DNA of 64,000 nt, from the NCBI GenBank assembly GCA_009844425.1, contig VYBN01000003.1:24435-88434 (forward strand). Reading direction: 5' to 3'. The notes below the pieces were generated by a model, which saw only the letters and a list, made by a program, of their open reading frames with translations, had not been told where the DNA came from and searched no databases. Positions 9,336-18,110 of the stretch are shown in pieces. Numbering within the stretch: the first letter of the stretch is position 1; every line of letters begins with the position of its first letter. The position numbers and the translations under genes are program-made. The DNA is from Gammaproteobacteria bacterium. Lineage in GTDB: Bacteria > Pseudomonadota > Gammaproteobacteria > Steroidobacterales > Foliamicaceae.

Positions 9336-11978
9336 GTGGAACTCAAGCAGTATCAGACCGACACGCTTGGTGCCCTGCGCCATTTTTTCGAGGAATCGCG
9401 GATGGGCGGGCCGAAGAATTCCTACGAGTCCTTCACACAGGAACCGGAACAGGCCGGTCGGCTCGGTCCTTACGGAGGCGCTTACCAGCCGCTGAAAGGA
9501 CTGCCTGAAGTTCCTTATGTTTGCCTGCGTTTGCCGACCGGAGGCGGTAAGACGATCCTGGCGGCGCATGCCGTGAGCATCGTCCGCGATGCCTGGATCG
9601 AGAAGGACTGGCCGATGGCGTTGTGGCTGGTTCCGACCAACACGATTCGCCGCCAGACCGCGGAGGCGCTGAAGAACCACCGTCACGCCTACCGCCGTGT
9701 TCTGGACGAAGCCTTCAGTGGCCGCGTGCGCGTCTTCGACATCGCCGACTTCACGCATATCCGCCCGCACGACATCCGCGAGAATTGCTGCATTGTAGTA
9801 GGCACAATTCAGACGCTTCGCACCCGGAGCACCGAAGGCCGCAAGGTGTATGGCCATAACGAGAACCTGGAGGCGCATTTCTCGAAGCTGGCTGCTCACC
9901 CGCCCGGACTTGAGGAGGCGCCCAACGGTGGTCCGAAGTTCTCTTTCGCCAACCTGATGCATCTCCAACGCCCGCTGATGATCGTGGACGAGGCGCATAA
10001 CGCCGTGACGGGCCTGACCCGCGAAATGCAGGCGCGGGTCAACCCCTGCGCCATCGTCGAGTTCACCGCAACGCCCCGCACCCATTCCAACATCCTGCAT
10101 AGCGTCACGGCCAGCGAACTGAAAACCGAGGAGATGGTTAAGCTGCCGGTGATGCTCTCCGAGTACGACACATGGCAAAACGCGGTGAACGGCGCCGTCG
10201 CTGCGCGCATGTCGCTGGCCGAAACGGCCGCAGACGATCCCGATCACATCCGGCCGATTGTCCTGTTCCAGGCTCAGAAAAAGAACGGCGAAGTGCCGGC
10301 CGCGGCGCTCAAGCGGCACCTGATTGAAGTCGAGCAGATTCCCGAAGACCGAATTGCCATCGCGACGGGCGACCAAAGGGGATTGGATGGCATCGATCTG
10401 TTCGATCCCGACTGTCCCATCGAGCACGTCATCACAGTAGAGGCGCTAAAGGAGGGCTGGGACTGCTCGTTCGCCTACGTTTTTTGTTCCGTGTCGCGCA
10501 TACAGAGCGCGAAGGATGCTGAACAACTGCTTGGCCGCGTACTAAGGATGCCTTATGCCAAGCGGCGAAAGACGGACGCATTGAACCGGGCTTACGCCCA
10601 TCTGTCCGAGCCTTCGTTCGGCGCGGCGGCGAAGGCGCTGGTGGACAAGCTGATCGCCATGGGATTCGACGAAGAGGAGGCGCGCGAAAGCATCGAGCGC
10701 ATGCAAGCCGAGACCGATGATGCGGATAACGATTTATTTTCTCGGCGCAACGAAATCCTGCCGGTTTTCACTTACGCGCTTCCCGAAGGCCGGGGGCTGG
10801 TCTCACAGCTTGAGGCGCTGGACGGTCTCCTGGTGCGTGATGCCGATGACGGCGGAGTTGAAATCCGCATTCGGGGCCATTTGGACGCGAAAACGGAACG
10901 AGCAATTGCGGAACTGCTGCCGACCCGGGAACGCAAGGCGCTCACGAAGGCGGCCGCAGCCTATCGAAGCACGACTGATACCGTGCTGTCTCCGGCACAA
11001 CGGGGCGAGAGTTTTGCTCTGCCGCGCCTTATGGCCGAGGTGCAAGGTGTCATTGAATTTGCCGACACCGACATTCTTATGGAGAGCCACGACTGGTCGC
11101 TTCGCAATCACCCATGGAGACCGGGAGAGGGCGAGTTCAATGTTCGGGAAACATCCCGCAGTTTTGAGATTGATCTCGACGGGAACCGCATCGCCTACCA
11201 GTTCGCGTCGGAGGAAGAGCAGTTGGCCCTGGACGTAGAAGTCGAAGGCTGGACGCCGGAGGCGCTTGTGCTGTGGCTCGATCGCCATGTGAGACAGCCG
11301 GACATTGGCCAGAGCGACCTGGTGGGCTGGCTGAGCAGCTTGGTGAACCACCTGGCCGTGTCGCGTGGAATGCCCATTGCCGCTCTCATGCGCTGCAAGT
11401 TCATTCTGGCCCGCAGCGTGCGCGACAGGCTCGCCGCGATAAGGACGATTGAACGCAAATGTGTCTATCAACGGCATCTGTTTGAGCCGGGCGCCAAGCC
11501 GGAAATCTCGTTCGATCACGCTTTTTCTTTCAAGGATGGGATGTATCGGGGCCAGCAACGCTATCGAGGACGCTGGAAGCCGCTCAAGCACTTTCTCGGC
11601 CCCGACTGCGTTCCGGATTTTGATGGCGCCGAAGGCGGTGAAGAGTTTCGGTGCGCGCAGGAAATCGACCGCTTACCGGGCCTGAAGTTCTGGCTGAGAA
11701 ACGTTGCGAGGCACCGAGATTCTTTCTGGCTGCCCACGGCGGCGGGCAGGTTTTATCCAGATTTCGTGGCGATGCTTGAGGATGGCCGGCTGCTGGTAGT
11801 GGAATATAAGGGTGGTCACATTGCTGAAAGCGCAGCCACGGCGGAGAAGCGCAACGTGGGTGCGCTTTGGGAACGCGAGAGCAATGGCAAGTGCGTGTTC
11901 GTGATGGCCGAAAAATCGGTCAACGGGGAGGATGCCCGGTCGCAAATCCTTGCCAAACTGGCGCCGCGATCGATCTGA
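9336..11978 (+). CDS. res: Type III restriction endonuclease Res subunit (DEAD/DEAH helicase plus PD-(D/E)xK nuclease)
   Basis: 880 aa with a GTG start. Contains Walker A (LPTGGGKT), MIVDEAHN (DEAH box) and a C-terminal nuclease-like YPDFVAMLEDGRLLVVEYKG. Confidence 0.9.
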   Translation: MELKQYQTDTLGALRHFFEESRMGGPKNSYESFTQEPEQAGRLGPYGGAYQPLKGLPEVPYVCLRLPTGGGKTILAAHAVSIVRDAWIEKDWPMALWLVPTNTIRRQTAEALKNHRHAYRRVLDEAFSGRVRVFDIADFTHIRPHDIRENCCIVVGTIQTLRTRSTEGRKVYGHNENLEAHFSKLAAHPPGLEEAPNGGPKFSFANLMHLQRPLMIVDEAHNAVTGLTREMQARVNPCAIVEFTATPRTHSNILHSVTASELKTEEMVKLPVMLSEYDTWQNAVNGAVAARMSLAETAADDPDHIRPIVLFQAQKKNGEVPAAALKRHLIEVEQIPEDRIAIATGDQRGLDGIDLFDPDCPIEHVITVEALKEGWDCSFAYVFCSVSRIQSAKDAEQLLGRVLRMPYAKRRKTDALNRAYAHLSEPSFGAAAKALVDKLIAMGFDEEEARESIERMQAETDDADNDLFSRRNEILPVFTYALPEGRGLVSQLEALDGLLVRDADDGGVEIRIRGHLDAKTERAIAELLPTRERKALTKAAAAYRSTTDTVLSPAQRGESFALPRLMAEVQGVIEFADTDILMESHDWSLRNHPWRPGEGEFNVRETSRSFEIDLDGNRIAYQFASEEEQLALDVEVEGWTPEALVLWLDRHVRQPDIGQSDLVGWLSSLVNHLAVSRGMPIAALMRCKFILARSVRDRLAAIRTIERKCVYQRHLFEPGAKPEISFDHAFSFKDGMYRGQQRYRGRWKPLKHFLGPDCVPDFDGAEGGEEFRCAQEIDRLPGLKFWLRNVARHRDSFWLPTAAGRFYPDFVAMLEDGRLLVVEYKGGHIAESAATAEKRNVGALWERESNGKCVFVMAEKSVNGEDARSQILAKLAPRSI

Positions 11979-12017
11979 GGACCTTTCCTGCCAAGTAACA
12001 GCGCTCGCAAAACGGCA

Positions 12018-12051
12018 TTGCCGTGATATGGTGGAATCCCTATAATCCACC
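12018..12051 (+). promoter_or_regulatory. putative sigma70 promoter with inverted-repeat operator for higBA
   Basis: TTGCCG (12018-12023), a 17-nt spacer, then TATAAT (12041-12046). The arms GGTGGA (12030-12035) and TCCACC (12046-12051) bracket the -10 box. Confidence 0.4.
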
Positions 12052-12063
12052 GCTATAGGTACC

Positions 12064-12420
12064 TTGTTGAAACCCCTCCGATGGGTCGGTTCGAGCAAGG
12101 GGGATCTGAGGCGGTTTCCCGATGCCGTGCAAGACTGCATGGGCTTTGCGATCTACCAAGCACAGATCGGCCTTCGGCACCGCGATGCCAAGCTGCTCAA
12201 GGGCTTTGGTCCGGGCATCCTTGAGGTCGCGGCGCGCCACGACGGAGACACCTACAGGGCGATCTACACCGTGCGGTTCCAAGCTGCGGTATATGTGCTG
12301 CACGCCTTTCAGAAGAAGGCGAAGCGGGGCATCGCCACGCCGAAGAAGGAACTCGACCTCGTCCGGCAGAGGCTGCGCATAGCCGACAGGGATCACCGCG
12401 GCATACAAGGCAGAGGATAA
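12064..12420 (+). CDS. higB: RelE/ParE-superfamily toxin, HigB / Gp49-like
   Basis: About 118 aa with a TTG start at 12064 or 12067. KPLRWVGSSKGDLRRFP ... VYVLHAFQKK is typical of HigB/DUF891 toxins. An XRE antitoxin gene follows. Confidence 0.8.
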   Translation: MLKPLRWVGSSKGDLRRFPDAVQDCMGFAIYQAQIGLRHRDAKLLKGFGPGILEVAARHDGDTYRAIYTVRFQAAVYVLHAFQKKAKRGIATPKKELDLVRQRLRIADRDHRGIQGRG

Positions 12421-12424
12421 GAAC

Positions 12425-12763
12425 ATGACAACATCCGACTCGAACGTGGAACCAGGTAGCGGCAACGTGTTTGCAGACCTCGGTCACCCGGGGGCCGAGG
12501 CTCACCTGCTGAAGGCTGAGCTCGTCGCCCGCATTGATGGCCTCGTGCGGCAGCGCGGCATAACCCAGTCCGAGGCCGCACGCCTTCTCGGCCTTGCCCA
12601 GCCCGATGTATCACGGCTGTTGCGCGGCGACTTCCGCGAATACTCTCTGGAGCGCCTGTTCCGTTTGCTGACCGCTCTCGGCCGCGATATCGACATCGTG
12701 ATCCGCCCGCCGCGCTCGACTGACGGAGGCAGGCTGCGCATCGCGGCTGCCGACACAGGCTGA
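12425..12763 (+). CDS. higA: XRE-family helix-turn-helix antitoxin (HigA-like)
   Basis: 112 aa. GNVFADLG ... ITQSEAARLLGLAQPDVSRLLRG ... FSLERL is the common HigA-type pattern. Starts 4 nt after the toxin gene ends. Confidence 0.8.
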   Translation: MTTSDSNVEPGSGNVFADLGHPGAEAHLLKAELVARIDGLVRQRGITQSEAARLLGLAQPDVSRLLRGDFREYSLERLFRLLTALGRDIDIVIRPPRSTDGGRLRIAAADTG

Positions 12764-12779
12764 TCCAGCTCGATGCGTG

Positions 12780-13748
12780 TCAGTCGGAGTCCATGGGCGT
12801 TTCGCCGTCCACGACGCGGCGGGCCGGGCCGGCTATCAGGGCGTCGGGGCCGCGGACGACTTCGCGGTCCTTGTCGGGATAAGGCAGCTTCATCAGGAAG
12901 TGCTGCAGGGCGGCGACACGGGCGCGCTTTTTGTCGTCGGACTTGATAACCGTCCAGGGCGCATCGGCGGTGTCTGTATAGAAGAACATCGCCTCCTTCG
13001 CTTCCGTGTAGTCTTCCCACTTGTCCAGCGATGCAAGATCGATCGGCGAGATTTTCCACTGTTTCAGCGGGTCGGTCCGGCGGCTGTCGAACCGGTGCGC
13101 CTGCTCCTCCTGGGAGACGGAAAAGTAGTACTTGAAAAGATGAATGCCGCTGTTCACCAGCATGCGCTCCAGGTTCGGACACTGGCGCATGAATTCGAGG
13201 TATTCCGCCCGGGTGCAGAAGCCCATCACCCGCTCCACGCCGGCGCGGTTGTACCAGGAACGGTCGAACAGCACGATTTCGCCTTCAGCGGGGAGATGCT
13301 GGATATAGCGCTGGAAATACCATTGGCCGCGCTCCCGGTCGTTGGGCTTTTCCAGGGCCACGACGCGCGCGCCGCGCGGATTCAAGTGCTCCATGAAGCG
13401 CTTTATCGTTCCGCCTTTGCCGGCGGCGTCGCGTCCTTCGCACAGAACCAGCACCTTTGCGCCCGATTCCTTGACCCAACGTTGAGCCTTGAGCAGTTCG
13501 ACCTGCAGCGAGGCTTTGTGCGCCTCGTATTCCTTGCGCCGCATCTTGTCGGTATAGGGATAGACGCCCTCTTGGAATACGCGCTTTATGGCGTCGGCGG
13601 AGTGGGGAGCGCTCGGGAGACCGAGGTCCGCCTGCGCCGCGGGCGCTTTTTCCTCCGTGGCGTTCGGCTGCTGTGCGCGCAGCTGCTCGCCTGTCCCGCG
13701 AGCGGCCTGATCGCTCCCGTTGCCCTCTATGCCGGCCTCCCGGTTCAT
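12780..13748 (-). CDS. ppk2: polyphosphate kinase 2
   Basis: LCEGRDAAGKGG (Walker A) and FDRSWYNRAGVERVMGF are PPK2 hallmarks. ATG at 13748; the track ORF starts 6 nt upstream at a GTG. Confidence 0.9.
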   Translation of the reverse strand: MNREAGIEGNGSDQAARGTGEQLRAQQPNATEEKAPAAQADLGLPSAPHSADAIKRVFQEGVYPYTDKMRRKEYEAHKASLQVELLKAQRWVKESGAKVLVLCEGRDAAGKGGTIKRFMEHLNPRGARVVALEKPNDRERGQWYFQRYIQHLPAEGEIVLFDRSWYNRAGVERVMGFCTRAEYLEFMRQCPNLERMLVNSGIHLFKYYFSVSQEEQAHRFDSRRTDPLKQWKISPIDLASLDKWEDYTEAKEAMFFYTDTADAPWTVIKSDDKKRARVAALQHFLMKLPYPDKDREVVRGPDALIAGPARRVVDGETPMDSD

Positions 13749-13833
13749 GACCACCCCCCGATCAGTACGGTCGCCCGATTATAGAAGACCGTGCGCCAAC
13801 CTCTGCGAGTACCGTTGGGGTACGATTCAGTGT

Positions 13834-15066
13834 ATGCGAACTGGGAGTGAGGCAAGACAAGTGAACGGGTTCTCCAGCAGGTTCCGCGCGTTGTTGCTGA
13901 GCACGGCGCTGCTTGCGGTGCACGCTTGGGCCCAGCCGAGCCTGGATGATTTCCGCTCCCCGGAAGCTCCGTGCCATGACCGCAGCCGCGGTCCGCAGAC
14001 CGCGGTTGTCGATACCCACGTGCACTTCCGACCGTTCGGCGGGCCCGCCGTTTCCTTTGAAGACATGGTTGATTTTCTGGATCGATCAGGGGTTCGGTTC
14101 GCCAACGTGTACGGCATCGGGCAGATGCTGCCGGTGGGCTCGCCTTGCACCTACTACCTCGATTGTCCAGGCGAGCCGGTGCTGCCCACGCTCAAGAACG
14201 ATTTCGTGAATGCGGCCAACTTCGCTTCGGCCCGGCCCGAAAACGTGCACCTGACCCTGTCCATGACCTTTCCCGATCTGGCGCGTCCCGAGTCGGTGCT
14301 CGCCCGAATGGAGCTGCTCGACCGGGAGTTTCCAGGCGTGTTCGGCTGGATGGGGGAGGTCAACCTGGTGAAGCAGGCTTTGTTCGCGAATGCACACCGG
14401 GCGGTCCCGCTTGAAGCGATCGCCGCCTGGGCGCCCTTCATGAAGAGGCTGCGGGAACGCAACATTCCATTTGCGGTCCATTCGGACCTGGGCCGCGATG
14501 GCCAGCCCTTGCATTACCTGCCCTGGATTGAGGAGGTGCTCAGGCTGTACCCACACAATCCGATCGTGTGGATGCACCTGGGCCTGTCGCGCGAACTGAC
14601 CCGAATCAACCCGGGTGTGCATCTCGGAGTGCTGCGCCGGCTGCTCGATCGCTATCCCGCGCTGATGGTGGACATTTCCTGGCGGGTCATCCACGACAAC
14701 GTCTTTTCGCGGCCCGAATTACGGGCCGCCTATCTGCCGTTCATCGAAGAGTATTCCGCCCGAATCCTCCCCGGTTCGGATTTTCTGGCCTCGGCGGACA
14801 AGAATTTCGATGTCTATTCGGAGGAACTGCGTGTTACCAGCGAAATCCTGGCCGACCTGAGCGACGAGGCATTCCGCAATATCGCGCTGGGTGAAAACTA
14901 CTTCCGCCTCCTCGGGCTCGGCTACAGCGCGCCCGAAATCTGCCCGGCTGGTCCGTCCTCATCGGCGCAGCCGGAAACTTCGGATGCGAAGGCTTCCCGG
15001 CTTCCGTCCGTGAACGAGGGCGTCTCACCTTCGCGGGGGGCGGGACGCCCCCCCTCCCAGGGCTAG
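13834..15066 (+). CDS. secreted amidohydrolase-family protein
   Basis: ATG at 13834 and a signal-like segment FRALLLSTALLAVHAWAQ. VVDTHVHF is a metal-binding motif of the amidohydrolase_2 type. The C-terminal tail is low-complexity. Confidence 0.7.
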   Translation: MRTGSEARQVNGFSSRFRALLLSTALLAVHAWAQPSLDDFRSPEAPCHDRSRGPQTAVVDTHVHFRPFGGPAVSFEDMVDFLDRSGVRFANVYGIGQMLPVGSPCTYYLDCPGEPVLPTLKNDFVNAANFASARPENVHLTLSMTFPDLARPESVLARMELLDREFPGVFGWMGEVNLVKQALFANAHRAVPLEAIAAWAPFMKRLRERNIPFAVHSDLGRDGQPLHYLPWIEEVLRLYPHNPIVWMHLGLSRELTRINPGVHLGVLRRLLDRYPALMVDISWRVIHDNVFSRPELRAAYLPFIEEYSARILPGSDFLASADKNFDVYSEELRVTSEILADLSDEAFRNIALGENYFRLLGLGYSAPEICPAGPSSSAQPETSDAKASRLPSVNEGVSPSRGAGRPPSQG

Positions 15067-15101
15067 CTCTCGCACGGGCTAATCACGCGAGTGCGCGATA
15101 G

Positions 15102-16211
15102 GTGACTGTCAACTTGCGATCGCGTGCATGGTGGCTGGGCCTGGCGCTGGCCGTTGCGGTTGCGCTCCTGGCCGGCTACTCGGCCGATTGGATCGGCGAG
15201 TCGGTGTTCGGTCTGGACAGGAGCCCGGTAAGCGCGATCATGCTGGCCATCATTCTAGGCATGATCCTCTCCAACTCGCTGAACCTCGCGCCGCTTGCAG
15301 CCGACGGGCTGAAGTTCTGCTCCACGACCATTCTGCGCATCGGCATCGCCCTGCTTGGAATTCGCCTGAGCCTGTTGAGCGCCGGCAAATTCACGCTGGT
15401 CGCATTGCCCTTCGTGGTTCTGGCGATAGCCGCCGGCATGACGGTTGTGGGTTTTCTGGGCCGACGACTGGGGCTGTCGCGGAGGCTGGGGGGATTGATC
15501 GCCATCGGGACCAGCATCTGCGGCGCCAGCGCCATCGTGGCGACCGCGCCGTTGATACGGGCCAGGGAATCCGAAGTCAGCTACGCGATCGCCTGCATAA
15601 CGGTTTTCGGAATTGCTGCGATGTTCGTCTACCCGATACTGGCGCACGGCTTCTTTGAAAATCGACCTGAGCTCGCCGGCCTTTTTCTCGGCACGTCGAT
15701 ACATGAGACGGCGCAGGTGGCCGGCGCCGGAATGATGTACCAGGCTCAGTACGACGCGCCGGTGACGCTCGATATCGCGACGGTGACCAAGCTTGTCCGC
15801 AACCTGTGCATGATTGCGATGATCCCTCTGGCGGGCATGCTTTTCGGCGCCGAACGCGGGGCGGGCGGCGGCCGGACTGCGGGAGACTACCTGAGAATGG
15901 TGCCCTGGTTCGTGGTGGGATTCGCGGTCTTTTCGGCGCTGCGGACCGCGGGTGACGCCGGAGACCAGGCATTCGGCTTTCTCGATCCCAACAGCTGGGC
16001 GCAAGCCGTGTCCCTGCTCCGGAGCGCGGCCGAAATCTGCCTGCTTGTGGCAATGGCCGCAGTCGGCCTGAACTCCAGCCTTGCCGGAATTCGCAGTATC
16101 GGATTGCGGCCCTTCCTTCTCGGGCTGTTCGCAGCCGCGGCGGTGGGCGGGGTCAGCTTCCTGATGATCTCACTGTTCGCCCCGGTGCTGCTTGACATGA
16201 CCGGCAACTGA
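15102..16211 (+). CDS. yeiH: YeiH/UPF0324 family membrane protein (putative sulfate exporter family)
   Basis: 369-aa polytopic membrane ORF with a GTG start. GTSICGASAIVA and GTSIHETAQV are characteristic of the YeiH family. Confidence 0.8.
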   Translation: MTVNLRSRAWWLGLALAVAVALLAGYSADWIGESVFGLDRSPVSAIMLAIILGMILSNSLNLAPLAADGLKFCSTTILRIGIALLGIRLSLLSAGKFTLVALPFVVLAIAAGMTVVGFLGRRLGLSRRLGGLIAIGTSICGASAIVATAPLIRARESEVSYAIACITVFGIAAMFVYPILAHGFFENRPELAGLFLGTSIHETAQVAGAGMMYQAQYDAPVTLDIATVTKLVRNLCMIAMIPLAGMLFGAERGAGGGRTAGDYLRMVPWFVVGFAVFSALRTAGDAGDQAFGFLDPNSWAQAVSLLRSAAEICLLVAMAAVGLNSSLAGIRSIGLRPFLLGLFAAAAVGGVSFLMISLFAPVLLDMTGN

Positions 16212-16299
16212 TCCGGCAGGACAGGCAATCGGCTGTTGGGACCGGGCGGCGGTCCGCTGGTGCCGGCTGTTGGATAGCGCCCCGGCCGGCGCCGGGGAA

Positions 16300-16515
16300 T
16301 CAGGCGTTCAGATCCGGAATCTGTTCACTTTCCAGGCGCGTGATCATGTCCTTGAGGCGCAACTTGCGCTTCTTCATACGTTTCAGCATGAATTGATCGG
16401 CGCTCGCGTGTTTTGACATTTCCGCGATGGCGAGATCCAGATCCCTGTGCTCGTCCCTGAGTTGCTTGATTCTTTCCCGATTGGCAAAAACCTGTGTTTC
16501 GACGTTTGAATTCAT
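16300..16515 (-). CDS. DUF465 (YdcH-like) small protein
   Basis: 71 aa from the ATG at 16515. EHRDLDLAI ... LKRMKKRKLRLKD is the DUF465 pattern. The longer track ORF runs into repeat DNA. Confidence 0.8.
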   Translation of the reverse strand: MNSNVETQVFANRERIKQLRDEHRDLDLAIAEMSKHASADQFMLKRMKKRKLRLKDMITRLESEQIPDLNA

Positions 16516-16629
16516 CTGGCCTTGAATGCAATGGCGCAGGCGCCCCGAAATCCGCTCCCGGTTTCCTGCCCCGCCTACCCTGCATTGTAGCGCGCCGCCG
16601 CCCACTTGCAACGCCGCCCCCTTTCTAAG

Positions 16630-16972
16630 GTGCTTCCTCGCCCTTTCTTCGCCCCCGTCCTCGTTGGAGGCGCTGTTCGCGCCGGGGCATCGGCGCTCAC
16701 TGGCTCGATTCTCGCTGTCCCTGCTCCCTCGCCCTTCGTTCGTCCCCCTCCTCGTTGGAGGCGCCATCCCTGGCTCGATTCTCGCTGTCCCTGCTCCAAC
16801 GCTCCCACGAGGAGGGGGCCGAACGAAGGGCTTTAGTCGGCGCCGCCGGCTGAAGGTTTCTCTTGCACACCGGTTCCGGGAACGTCGGAGGCAGGATGCC
16901 GACGCCGAGCCCACAGGGATGTGCTTGTTGGCGGTTCCCGGAACCGGTGTGCAAGAGGAACCGAGGGTTGCG
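16630..16972. repeat. composite palindromic intergenic element (truncated B1 copy, full B1 hairpin, B2 hairpin)
   Basis: B1 arms 16732-16755 and 16807-16830 (24 bp, 1 mismatch) flank a ~51-nt core. B2 arms 16855-16883 and 16934-16962 (29 bp, 1 mismatch) flank a 50-nt core. A truncated B1 copy lies at 16641-16727. The whole unit recurs at 54557-54810. Confidence 0.9.
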
Positions 16973-16993
16973 AAGGGTTAAACTCGCTCGGCT

Positions 16994-18016
16994 ATGGTGG
17001 AGGCCGTATTGAGGGTGGTCCCGGGATTGGCACTGTGCGCGTTGGCGGTTTTGCCTGCGGGCGGAGCGTCGGCGGATACGCTGTCCGATGTGCTGGAGCG
17101 CGGCATGCTGCGCTGCGCCGTCATCGAAGCCAGTCCCGGCTTCAGTTCCATCGACGCCAACGGCCGAAGGTACGGCTTCGACATCGACAACTGCAGAACG
17201 GTGGCGGCCGCGGTCCTGGGCGACGCCGATGCGATCGAGTATGTGCCCATCAACCCCAATACCGCGTTCACCACTTTGCAATCCGGTGGCGTGGACGTTT
17301 TCCCCGGAGGCGCCACCTGGACTTTCCTGCGCGACACTTCAATGGGGCTGGATTACACCGGCGCCTACCTGTACGCGGGGCAGGGTTTCGTGGTGCGCCG
17401 CGCATCCGGCGTATCGAGTGTTCCGGACCTGGAAGGCGCCACGATCTGCGTGGCGCAGGGCACGACCAACGAACAGAACCTGGCGGACTATTTCCGCGCC
17501 CGCCGCATGAAGTATTCGATCGTCACGTTCGCCGACGTGGAGCGCGGCCTCAACGCCTACCTGGCGGACCGTTGCGACGCCTTTACCACCGAGGTGTTCT
17601 CGCTGGCCGGGCGGATCGTGGCGCTGAGGAACCCCGGCGAGCACCGGATTCTGGGCGATGTGATTTCCAAGGAGCCGTTTTCCGGCCTGGTGCGGCAGGG
17701 AGATCCGCGCTGGCGCGACATCGTGTTCTGGGCCTTCAACTCGCGCTTGGCGGCCGAAGAATTCGGGCTGACCACGAGCAACGTGGAAGAAATGCGGGCC
17801 ACGACCGAAGATGCCGAGATACGCCGGTTTCTCGGTGTGGAGGGCGGCTTCGGCCGGCAGCTCGGCTTGCGCGACGACTGGGCCTACCAGATTGTCGCCC
17901 AGGTCGGCAACTACGGCGAAGTCTTCGCCCGGCATTTCGAGCCCCTGGGTCTTGAGCGCGGGCTCAACGCGCTGTGGCGCGACGGCGGACTCATGATCGC
18001 CATGCCGTATCGGTAG
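16994..18016 (+). CDS. aapJ: general L-amino-acid ABC transporter substrate-binding protein
   Basis: 340 aa with a signal peptide. Overall resemblance to AapJ/BztA. Followed by two permease genes. Confidence 0.8.
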   Translation: MVEAVLRVVPGLALCALAVLPAGGASADTLSDVLERGMLRCAVIEASPGFSSIDANGRRYGFDIDNCRTVAAAVLGDADAIEYVPINPNTAFTTLQSGGVDVFPGGATWTFLRDTSMGLDYTGAYLYAGQGFVVRRASGVSSVPDLEGATICVAQGTTNEQNLADYFRARRMKYSIVTFADVERGLNAYLADRCDAFTTEVFSLAGRIVALRNPGEHRILGDVISKEPFSGLVRQGDPRWRDIVFWAFNSRLAAEEFGLTTSNVEEMRATTEDAEIRRFLGVEGGFGRQLGLRDDWAYQIVAQVGNYGEVFARHFEPLGLERGLNALWRDGGLMIAMPYR

Positions 18017-18083
18017 GCGCCGGTCCGGCGGCTGTAACCCATGCATGCGCGGGAACTCCGGCTTGCGGCGGCAACGCCTGGCT

Positions 18084-18110
18084 GAGGGCGAGACGCCCTC
18101 GCTCCCGGGG
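18084..18110. repeat. REP-like short hairpin (C family, minimal form)
   Basis: GAGGGCG-aga-CGCCCTC followed by GCTCCCGGGG. It ends directly at the aapQ ATG (18111). Longer relatives lie at 41339-41410 and 53433-53499. Confidence 0.75.

Noticed and set aside
5877-12779. Integrase, transposase or recombinase genes, or flanking direct repeats, that would define either accessory island (also 35223-38592) as a mobile element.
   Set aside because: None was found in any frame in or next to the islands, so I do not call a mobile_element feature.
16516-16914. The N-terminal extension of the DUF465 ORF (track ORF 16300..16914), and other ORFs translated through the hairpin repeats (16526..16981, 54311..55111, 54471..54836, 54480..54854, 63521..63943).
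   Set aside because: The shared peptide strings (for example PRGGGRTKG and SILAVPA) arise because the same palindromic repeat is translated. They appear on both strands and in intergenic positions.
16630-16972. A CRISPR array, given the many repeated palindromic units in the window.
   Set aside because: The units are dispersed singly across the window in separate intergenic spacers. They are not arranged as regularly spaced direct repeats with unique spacers, and no cas genes are present.
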